Shown here: positions 11,245 to 21,398 of the stretch, piece by piece | Numbering within the stretch: position 1 is the stretch's first letter | Layout of the letters: each line of letters begins with the position of its first letter | Assembly (NCBI GenBank): GCA_040285855.1 | Contig: JAUFOQ010000002.1 | Location: forward strand, 2,480,001-2,544,000 | DNA length: 64,000 nt | From: Eukaryota sp. GEM-RC1 | Lineage: Eukaryota | Reading direction: 5' to 3' | The notes under the pieces: model-generated | Seen by the model: the letters and a program-made list of their open reading frames with translations, nothing else | Told to the model about the DNA's origin: nothing | Databases searched by the model: none | Translations under genes and position numbers: made by a program

Positions 11245-12147
11245 TCATCTCCTATTCCAGTTCCAGAAAGGATTTGTCTTGCATAAAGTTCTAAACACTA
11301 CCCTTTCTCGACAATTCAGACACTGACCGATTTCATCTATTGCAGATCTAGAAAGCCCACATGACCACAATCCAATGTGAATAACTGTATTCTGAACACA
11401 CAAACCCAAAAGCGCTTCATTAATGCCATCACCAATCCTATTGACCGAAAGATCAAGAGCTCTGAGTGAGTTGTTGTGTAACAACATTTCCAAAAGCTTC
11501 AAGCAACCTTCCTTTTGAATAGAATTTCGTTTAAGAAAGAGCTCTTTTAAGGAGGTATTCTCTCGGAGAGCTCCTGCTAAAGTGACAGCTCCTGGATTTC
11601 CGACACCATTTTTATCCAAAGTTAAACTTTCCAGAAATTTAAGATGATGTAAATTAGCAGCCAGTATAGTAATACATGCATCTCCAAGACAGTTTCCACT
11701 GAGATCTAATTGTCGAAGTAAAGATGGAAGAGAATTTACAAGCACACAGCCACTAGCAACGGATGTAAAAACACTGTTTCTCAGCTTGGTATGTTGTAGA
11801 GATTGAGCTAAGGAGAGACATTCATCATCATTTATGGAAGATTTGGACAAATCGAGTTCTCTCAGCGTTGTATTTCCTTCCAACATTGTTGATAGAGCTG
11901 GGATTAATCCCGATATCGAAGGTTTGGCTTCGAAACGATCGACGGCTTTGTGAACAATCAACTGTGTCAGTAAACACTTAGAAAAAGTGAGTTGCTTGCT
12001 TCTTGGGGGAGAAGGAGGGGGACTGGAACAAGAAAGATATGCAGGATCATCTATCGTATCTAAACTCTCTACATTAGACCTTTTCAGGGATTGGGCTGAT
12101 GAAGTTCGTCTAGATGTCATTTCTTGAACATCACTTTTGGAAAACAT
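11245..12147 (-). CDS. RNI-like leucine-rich repeat protein, tandem paralog of the 8965-9958 gene
   Basis: LRELDLSKSSI, LRQLDLSGNCL, LESLTLDKNGV, LKELFLKRNSI, LRALDLSVNRI; shares YxSCSSP, AKP..GLIPA and FRTL motifs with its neighbour. Confidence 0.85.
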   Translation of the reverse strand: MFSKSDVQEMTSRRTSSAQSLKRSNVESLDTIDDPAYLSCSSPPPSPPRSKQLTFSKCLLTQLIVHKAVDRFEAKPSISGLIPALSTMLEGNTTLRELDLSKSSINDDECLSLAQSLQHTKLRNSVFTSVASGCVLVNSLPSLLRQLDLSGNCLGDACITILAANLHHLKFLESLTLDKNGVGNPGAVTLAGALRENTSLKELFLKRNSIQKEGCLKLLEMLLHNNSLRALDLSVNRIGDGINEALLGLCVQNTVIHIGLWSCGLSRSAIDEIGQCLNCRERVVFRTLCKTNPFWNWNRR

Positions 12148-13825
12148 TCATCTGTTCTTTTTTGTTTAAAATGTATCTTACCTTTGAGACGTGAATACGA
12201 GCTGATGTAGAGATGATGGTTGTATCTCTTTTGTTGATGGTAATCTATATTTGTAATTGTAAATCAAAATAAAGTCGGAATGACATGTCGGAATGTCATG
12301 TTACAGTATACAGATAGCAATTCCAACTGGAGAACAAATTCTTGTTTGTCTCTTTACCATGGTTGCAAATCACAACAATCACACATCACAAGCAGTATTT
12401 CTGTTATATTTGTTATTTAACAGCACAATACCACAATGATTGAACAACATGTATTTTTGAAATAAATGAAATGTAACAACTGATGTACGTATCATTTTCT
12501 TGTGTTTAATTTCACGCTGTGGAATACATTTGGACTTTTATTAGTACGGTCCAATAATAATTCAAATACGACTTTTGAGTAATAGAATCAAAGTGCTTCA
12601 TTTGATAACTTTGCAAGTGGGCTATCAGATTTCGCAACTATTCAATGGTATTCCAAAGGAAGTTCCTCAAGGAAGACTGTGGATGTAAGCTAGTTATGTT
12701 CTTCCATGGAGTAAAATATAGATGAGGAATATTGTACTTAAAACTTTGATTGATTCTCATGATAAATTTTCTTCTATCTCAAAAGTTGGTGAACTGAACT
12801 CTTGCAATATCGATACTTAACAATGCTGATGATAAATCTGGAAAATTGAATATGACAACAATCACATCACAAAAATTTGTGATTTGCAACTATGCTTTTT
12901 ACTGGCAATCAAACTGGCGACTGTACACTCTCTTTGTTGAATTTATGATTTCTTCACTGACTCAATTGGACAAACAGATTATAGTTTTTAGTTCAGTGAT
13001 TAGTTTTTGCCCGTTGAGGGGATTAGACTAGGATATATAGATAAGGAACTACAAAACTCAGAAAGACACCATACGCACGTTGTGATACGTTTGGACACAG
13101 TATGAGTTTTATTGCCGTCAAACAAATCTTGTGTTAAAGAGTTTGGTCGACATTATAGCGATAGGACGGAAATCAGTAATCAATGAGTTTTACTAGTATT
13201 CGTTCTATAGCCTACAAGTTTTTGGTTAAAAAATAGGAATTTCTGTACTTTAATGATCTAGATCATAAACTCCGTTTTTACAATCTACGTGTGGTTCGTT
13301 ACATCACATATCACAATGTGTAATGTGTGACTGCTGTTTCATGTTGCAGTTTTGGATTCTTGATCTTACTGTATTCTAATCATAGTTCTCAGTAACTGGC
13401 GTCATGTCTCTGGAGTGCTTTGAGTTGCAATTTCTTCTGAAATTTCTACAATCACTAGAAATTTTCTGTGAACGGATGAACTTTCGATTTTGAGAATCCA
13501 ACTTTCGATTCTATCATCATATAAGTCTTATACACTCCTTATACTTTCGTTGTTGTTCCTTCAAAACGTATTTTTATGTACAAACTGTGACATGTCTGTG
13601 TCAAACAGTCTGTTTGTACGAACCATGGTTCAATTAAAACTGAATCGTAGGTATAACTTTGACTTGGTTCATTTTGTTTTACTTTTGTCCTGAGACTTGA
13701 ACATCTACAACTTTTCAGGAAATCATCGTTCTCTAGTAATTCTAAAATGACTTTCAGGAATTTCTACACTTACGATTACTCAAAATTAGTAATTGAAAAC
13801 TATGAGTAAATATATTTTGCAAGGT

Positions 13826-15030
13826 TCCAATACAAGCAGGTAAAAGTGTTTGCTTGTATTATTCTCTATACACTGGATGTTGGCCGAGTTAACTTCAATA
13901 CAAAGTGTTTCAAAATGAATTACAATACATGGAGCTATGGACGAACTTCATTGTGTCCACTTGGGTGCCTAAAGATTGTTGCGTATTTTTGCCCGAAGAA
14001 CTGGATGGAGCTATTGTATTGTTTGACATTTGTAAAATTAGAAGAACAAAAGGGATATCAAAATCCAATCAATGAAACAATAGGCAATAGAATCCCTGTC
14101 AATAGAACTTTGCTCCTATACAGACAAGTATTGTGTATTTGTGGAACAAATTATAATACTGTTATTAAAGGTTGTGGCACATTGATGTATTGTTATAAAT
14201 ACTTGCAAGATCTTGCATTCATGACAGTACAGTATAATCTCTCCAATTGAAACACCTCAGTGAATGAGGTTTTGTTTTGTTTCAATTGGAGAGAGTTTCA
14301 TTTGCAGAGAGTTTGTATCTGCATCAGACTATATATATTTTAAGACATCAATAATATCATCATTTTGATGGACAACAGCTCAACGAGTGGTCTGTTTGCA
14401 GTTTGAACATCTTTGACTTTACAAACCATCTCCAGTTGTCTTACTACTTTAGTGATCACTCGAACTCGTGATGTTAGAAACACCTTCTTTATCGTGTATG
14501 TTTCGGTATCGTTCCTTTGAGATCGATGCTAGTCGTGGTGCAACTCATAATATAGAAGATTTTGAAAGGAACAAATAGTGTGCATAAAATTGGTTATTGA
14601 AAAGACGAACGAAATACTCCATGTTACTTCAACATCATTGAGTTTATAATCAAACAAACATTATAATGAACAGGATCGAATAAATATCTACTAGCAAATG
14701 GTGATATTTCTGCAAAATATTGGAGAAATTGTTTCAAATAGGTTCGAAAAAGTGTTTCAATTGTTTCAATTTTCAATTTGGTATTAAATTACTAGGTGGC
14801 ATGGGGTTTTGTTTCAATTAGAGAGAGTTTTCAATTGAAGAGGTTTCAATTGGAGAGATTATACTGTACAATGTGCATTTGACATTACGAAATAGGGTAT
14901 CTGGTCCTGTAATATATTGAAACCAAAGGTATCGTCGCTTCATCGTATAATAGGGTCCCAATACAAGCAGGTCCCAATACAAGCAAGAAAATGTGTTTGC
15001 TTGTATAAGATATAAAGTTGCTTGTATTGG
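13826..15030. repeat. Older inverted-repeat element (CCAATACAAGCA / TGCTTGTATTGG motifs) enclosing the pogo-like element
   Basis: ccaatacaagca...gtgtttgcttgtat at 13827-13860 and again at ~14957-15030, ending in tgcttgtattgg; exact ends and TSD not resolved. Confidence 0.45.
14230..14866. mobile_element. Non-autonomous Tc1/mariner (pogo/Tigger-like) DNA transposon
   Basis: Perfect 24-bp TIR CAGTATAATCTCTCCAATTGAAAC, TA on both sides, subterminal GTTTCAATT repeats, internal remnant reading NIIILMDNSS (DDE-like). Confidence 0.85.
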
Positions 15031-15444
15031 GACACCCACGATATACAGTGCGGTGAAGTTTTCAATGAAATTTTTTGGTTGAATAGGTAAACTTTTGCGT
15101 TGTTTCGTTCAATGCACAGATACTTTAATTCAATTTTAGGTAAGTTGTTTGGTTATTGACCGAAGGATCATCGTTTAGATACTTTAGTTAGTGACTGTTA
15201 GTTGTTAATTTCTGCAAATGCATTTATTTCCCTGATTGATCATAAACCCCTTTTTTTGGTTAAAATATTTGAAAAAATATTTAAAAATGCATTCGGTAGG
15301 AAAACGCTTTTATAACATAACGGTAATCGACTTCGAGATCAAAATACATGTAATACACATAGAAAGGCACACAATTTGTGCAATGGTTATGTTGATGTGT
15401 TTCATTTCTCAAGAGACACGTTCAAAAGTGCTAAGGAAACCATT

Positions 15445-16048
15445 TCAATCTATAAAGAAGGCACTTTGAGGAAGTGCCTTTTCTAGCCTTTTTCGTATTC
15501 AGAGGCTTCTATTTTAATACAGCCAAACTGTGAAAGGTGATCGCTGTAGAACTGTGTATCCCAGAGCGTAAAGCCGTTTTTCTCAAGAATTCGATGACAG
15601 TGCCAAAGTGCCACTTTATCCACCTCTTTCTCGTTTTTGAACATAGATTCTCCAAAAACGCCCCACCGAGCGATACGCCGTAGAGGCCTCCGACGAGCTC
15701 GTTGTCACTATTGTATATCTCAACAGAGTGGGCGTGACCAGTCAGATGGAGTACCTCATAAGAGTTTATGATGATGTCCGATATCCAAGTAGAACTTCGG
15801 TTTGCACACTGCTTCATCACCTCGGTGAACTGTGTGTTGATCCTGCAGCTAAACAGTCCCTGGCGAAGAATTCTTTGGACATTACGCGACACATGGAACT
15901 TCTCCATCGGAATGACTCCCCGTTGCCGCGTGGAGAACCACTTCACGGAGGTATCATCCCTTGATTCGCTCATTGGGAAAAATCCCCTGCTGTAAGCTTT
16001 GAGCAGCGCTTCAGGCGGAATAATTTGATTGTTTGATGAAGAATTCAT
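15445..16048 (-). CDS. aat: Leucyl/phenylalanyl-tRNA--protein transferase, bacterial type (one frameshift in a T run near 15655)
   Basis: LLKAYSRGFFPM, RGVIP...FHVSR, TWI...SY..LH..GHAHSVE, LVGGLYGVSLGGAF; adding one T restores FGESMF...KVAL...GFTLWDTQF..DHL.QFG and a stop at 15445-15447. Confidence 0.9.
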
Positions 16049-17756
16049 GACATGGAAAAGATTCTATCATTTTCTTGAGTTCAAGTTGAAACGTTCAATG
16101 ATCAATTGTAAAACCTGCCTTCGTATTTTCGTTTGTCAACCGTTGTTTTCGGTTCATGATTTTAACTTAGCAACATCTGGACGTCTTCTTCTGAAATCCT
16201 CTCCATATAGTGTATTTTTAAACTTCTACACTTTTGAAGCATCGTGCTAGTCAATGAGTTGTAAATTGATGCAGTCAAGAATTTGTAAATTAAAAACATC
16301 ACAAGTTTCAACATCTCAGTCTAGAACAGAGTCTAGGTTGAAACGTGTAGCAACCATGTTTCAATAATAAAAGCATCTCACAACAACAATACACTTGAAA
16401 GAGTCATACCCCAAGGTTTTGATCTATGGAAAACACTGAAATCCCACAGAAAAAATGCCTCTTTTGTGATCCTGTTTTCCCTTAGATTCAGGCTCAGCAT
16501 AGGATCTCACAACTGAAGACTGTATACATATTAGCTAATTTTGATATATCTTGATCTACAACATTACGGGCCATTGTGTAGTCTTCATGAGACTAATGAT
16601 GTCTTACCCTTTTGAAAAGTGTTCTTTTGAAATAATTCTGTAATTGTAAATGACAACATCCTTTTTGAAGTAATCTGTTCTATACACTGCAGAGATATAG
16701 TATCCATATACTGTAGAATTACGTCTTGAGTTACGTTTTCAATGTATAACGTGGACTTCAGCTTTCATATTACTGTGTTTATGACCACAAATACCCTTTT
16801 TGGCAGTTTTCAGCCGGTTTTTAATACCATCCATAAGCCTCTAACGAGACCAATTCCAGGTTTTATATGTTGAAAATCAAGCGGAGTGCTTGTACATCTT
16901 ACGTTGGTGATCACCAATTGATTGGACCCTAGATGAAGACGATCACTGGTGATTCCGTGACTAAATCTGTGTTTTAAAGTCTATTTTTACAATTGACTGA
17001 CTAAATTGAGAACATACCACACAACATCAACTAAAAGCACAGTATAATTCATCGAAAATTTATGTCCAATTCAACATCTGTGCACTTAGCTGTTTGTTGA
17101 ACGCTTATTCTGAAACTTCCCCTTTAGACATTTCTGAACAAGGCAAACAGGATAAGTACATGCACAAAAACAACTGATGGCTATAAAACATGTTCGATTC
17201 GAAGGAATCTTGTTTTGATGACATTGAGTATTAGATCATCTTTTTTTATTTTCGAATAAATGATTTTTTTTAAAGAAAAACATGTTGAATATGAATTATG
17301 CCCTTTGCTATATCAATCAACTGATGTTTAGGAAAAGTGCAATGAATTGTTTTAAACGCTTTCGGAAAATTTATAAAAAATAGTATGAACAACTAGAAGC
17401 ACCTTTATCATATGTTATGGTTGAATCGTACGTTTTTACTGTTTTTAAAAAAAATTCCCCTAATAATCTCCTAGGCTTTATTAGCTGTGAGTTCCTTTTA
17501 TGAGAACAAAGCTGTTGTAAGATTTGATTGTGAGGTGTGTTGTTTTAATGATATCAAATTCAAGTTTATTTGGTATATTCCATTTCTAAACATATACAAG
17601 CCAAAACAACAACCATTGTGTAATTTGGTCTCAATTCAACATTAGTTTCATTGAGATTGGGCGATCCTTATTTTGGGCCGAGAAAATTACAAGTACAGAA
17701 TGTACATTTTTGCTTAGTTTTCAGAAACATTCTTTCTTTGATATCTATAAGTTATT

Positions 17757-18130
17757 ATGTCTTACCAAACAACCCCATCTGTCAAGTTTCCTGTCTTAGA
17801 AGTCGAATCATTACTTCGTGAAAAAGTCTCTTCCTTTCTCAAAGACAAACATTACTCGGTAGATGACACCTCAACTTGGACAAGAGGCCTAGCTGACTCA
17901 ATCCGTGATGATCTGACTTCAATAACACCGGAACGATACAAATACATTGTACAAGTCACTCTCGCTGAAAACAGAAACCAAGGAGTCTATCACAGTGCGC
18001 AGTTTGTGTGGGACGAAGACTCTGACAGATTAGCCAACTTTTTCTCTTCAACGGTACGTCTTCCCTTTATAGCTCATCCCAGGATTCTCTTCTATGCGGC
18101 GTGTCTGTCTATGCTTTCTATACTTACTAA
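17757..18130 (+). CDS. Tctex-1 family dynein light chain (intron 18054-18082)
   Basis: RYKYIVQVTLAE...QGV...WDEDSD; removing GTACGT...CTCATCCCAG gives the family C-terminus DSLLCGVSVYAFYTY*. Confidence 0.9.
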
Positions 18131-18692
18131 CCATGCATCTCTCTTTGTACACACACATCCTTTCCTTTGTTGGATGGGCTTTGCTGGAATTGCATTGTCT
18201 TCATCTTGTAATATATATTGTTTAATGTCCTTCTACGCTTTTCTGTGTATATCATACTTGTAAAATACAAAACATGGTATTTATTCACATTCTCTATTGT
18301 TTATCTTTCTGGATTGTTCTCGAGTCATAAAAACAGCAGCATCCCTAAGATTGATACTGGTTTCATGATCTTGGTGTAGTTTTCGGTGATAGAGAAGGTG
18401 ATTTCGAGTTAGACTGAGTAGATTTTCAAATAAGAAATGACAAAAGTAATAAGGTACAAGAGATAAAACTTTTGTGGATGTCTTTGGTATGATATCAATC
18501 ATTTAATTCCTGAAGGTCTGCTTGGCCTAAATTAATGCAGTTGAAATTGTGTGTTAAAAAATACAATTATTACAGAACTCTTGTTTTTCTATTCTGCATT
18601 GTATTGTTTTTTGTCAGTGTATTTTACAAGTTGTTAAATTACAACCACGTATATCAACTAAATCAGCAATTAATTAGTATTCACAAATGTAT

Positions 18693-19838
18693 TTACAACT
18701 CAGACAATTTGACCATCAATGCTTCAAATACCGATATTCCTTCATGGAACGTACTTACACAAATATATTCATTTTTCTGATGTAAAAGCTGTTCATGATT
18801 AGGAAGCCATGAAAAACCATAAGCCAGAACGCCCTTATTTCTAACAAAGCGAGCATCTGTACTAGCTGGAAAGATTTGTTCTTTCCACTGGTGTCCAAAA
18901 TCAGCAACAGTTTGAGATATACACTTAAAGAATTCTGAATCCAACGTTGAAACCTGACCAGGATCTGCATCTCGTAGAAACTCAAGTGAAACATCAGCTC
19001 TTGTCGCGTGATCATGTACAAATCTCTTAAAGTCCTCAACATCAGCGTATGGAGAAAGACGGATATCAAAACCAATCATAGCTCTATCAGGTATAATGTT
19101 CAATTGTTCACGTGAAACTAGCGATTCCATTAGAGTTACGTTACAAGAGGAGCCATTGAACAGAACAGGAATCTCTGAAACAAACAAGTTAGCTAATCGC
19201 AACACTTCTAGAGGTGCATTATAGGAAGGGGAAGAAGCTCCGTGGCACTTCTTTCCTTGGGCAGCAATTGTCATCCAAAAGGGAGCTCGTTCACCATAGA
19301 AGATAGGGATGGTGGCATCATCATGTCCTGAAGCAAGGCCTTCGTCTACCCAGAGTATTGGATTAATGGTAGTGAAGTGGGATGATTCAACTAGGAGCTT
19401 GACACCCTTGGTACCACCAACTTCTTCATCTGGACCAAAGAGGACATGAAAAGTTCGTTTTGGTTGAAAGCCGCGTTGTTTCAGACGACCAAGAGCTTCA
19501 AGATGCATGATTCCTATAGATTTCATGTCCTGAGTTCCCCGTCCGTACAGCTTTCCATCAACTAATGTAGCGATGAAGGGATCGAACATCCACTCAGAAG
19601 ACTCGACTGGTACTACGTCCATGTGACTGTAGAAAACAATGGAGGGAAGTGACGGATCAGATCCATGTAGAGACACTAATAGAAAAGGATTGTTGTGGAC
19701 AAGTTCAATTAAATGAGTATCAAGACCATATAAGGAAGCTTGTTTAGAGAGAAGGCTGATGGCTGGAGTATAGTCTGGTGTAGGATGGACAGTTCGGCAT
19801 TCGATGTAGCTACAAAGTAGAGAAGTTGAGTTGGACAT
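18693..19838 (-). CDS. ACY1: Aminoacylase-1 (peptidase M20 family)
   Basis: RTVHPTPDY, SHMDVVP, YGRGTQDMK, PDEEVGG, DEGLA, FPASTDARFVR, LLHQKNEY; start taken at ATG 19838. Confidence 0.9.
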   Translation of the reverse strand: MSNSTSLLCSYIECRTVHPTPDYTPAISLLSKQASLYGLDTHLIELVHNNPFLLVSLHGSDPSLPSIVFYSHMDVVPVESSEWMFDPFIATLVDGKLYGRGTQDMKSIGIMHLEALGRLKQRGFQPKRTFHVLFGPDEEVGGTKGVKLLVESSHFTTINPILWVDEGLASGHDDATIPIFYGERAPFWMTIAAQGKKCHGASSPSYNAPLEVLRLANLFVSEIPVLFNGSSCNVTLMESLVSREQLNIIPDRAMIGFDIRLSPYADVEDFKRFVHDHATRADVSLEFLRDADPGQVSTLDSEFFKCISQTVADFGHQWKEQIFPASTDARFVRNKGVLAYGFSWLPNHEQLLHQKNEYICVSTFHEGISVFEALMVKLSEL

Positions 19839-19884
19839 TTTGATCAGATCCTTCAAACTTTACTTCCTTTCGTGAGCTTAGCCA

Positions 19885-21287
19885 ATGAATCTGTTTCTCA
19901 TTATCACTTTCTTGGGCGTTGCTTATGCTGCATTGAATTTAAACCATCATCACATGTGGCTTGATGCTGTGGAACCCTTTTCTCTGCAGGATCCTGAAAA
20001 TTGGTATTGGTTCACTCAAAAACTGGATCATTTCAATATCCAAGAACAACACACTTGGAAGCAAAGATATTGCACATACAAGTCCCCTGTATTCAAGAAT
20101 GGCCAGCCTATCTTCATTTATATTTCTGGTGAAGCTAGAATGAGGGACAACACTTGTAATACAGGATATCACATCACCTTAGCTGATCGTTTCAAAGGCG
20201 CAGCTTTTGCACTTGAACATCGATTCTACGGTGAAAGTTATCCTATTGCTGATCTTACAGTCAAAAGTCTCTCCTATCTCACATCCAAGCAAGCCCTTTA
20301 CGATCTTGCCGCTTTCACCACTCACTGGAAGGAAAAGTACCCAGATTCTCCTTTCATTATCGTTGGTGGTAGTTACTCAGGTGTTTTGGCCTCTGTATCC
20401 CGTCTCATGTTCCCTCACCTCTACATTGGTGCATGGGCTTCTTCTGGACCCAATCTAGCTAAAGGTTTGTCAATTACTCATTTCCAATAACCCTAGAAAA
20501 CTTCTTTGAATATGATCGCGTAGTTGGAGAGAGCTTAGGTGTAGGATGTAGAATGGACGTTCATCTCGCAATGACTAAGATTGAACAAATGCTTGACCAG
20601 CCTTCAACTAGAAAACAAATCAAGAGATATTTCAAATGTGAAAATGTCACTAATGATGTGGAATTCCTCTATGTTTTAGCTGATGCCGTTTCATTTGCCG
20701 TACAGTACAACTACATTGGACACTTGTGCAACAGAATGAAGCAAGATGATCCTGTTTATGGGCTCTCTCTCTTCACTGAATGGCTTTTCGACTTCTTACA
20801 AACAGATCCCGTTAGCTGGACCATGTCTTCTCACACCTCAACCAAGAAGGATGTTAATGACGGAACTCGCCAGTGGATTCATCAGTCTTGTCAAGAATTC
20901 GGATATTGGCAAGTTGCTGATCCCAAGGATCCATTGAGATCAAAGAAAATCGACATTAAGTTCCATCGAGATTTGTGCAAACAGCTTTATGGATATGACT
21001 TTGTACCTAACACCAGTGAGACTAACATGGCTTACGGTGCACTGGACTTCGCTGGAACCAACGTGGCCTTCTCAAACGGAGGTCTGGACCCTTGGAAGTC
21101 ATTATCTCTTACATCTTTGTCCTCTAAGCAGAAGCAACGTGGATGTACTTCTGTAGTGATCAAAGGATCTGCTCATTGTGCTGATCTACATGCTCCTTCT
21201 TCTAAGGATTCTGATGACTTACGTGACGCGAGAGAGTTTATGACTAACAGAGTTGTTGAATGGTTGAAGGATTTTTATATGAATTAG
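19885..21287 (+). CDS. Secreted/lysosomal serine carboxypeptidase, S28 family (intron 20465-20496)
   Basis: Signal peptide, FTQKLDHF, ALEHRFYGES, GGSYSG nucleophile elbow, NGGLDPW, AHCADL; a 32-nt intron joins the two ORFs in frame. Confidence 0.92.
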
Positions 21288-21398
21288 ATGTTTATTGTTT
21301 GTGAATTAAAGTTGTTTATATAATGTTTTGAAGGATTTTCTAGGACGACAAAGTGACTACTATTTACATAGACCAACCACTATGAAGTGGACTCCAAC

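Noticed and set aside
12846..14250. Short ORFs in the AT-rich interval
   Set aside because: Non-ATG starts and no recognisable protein signal; partly overlap transposon debris
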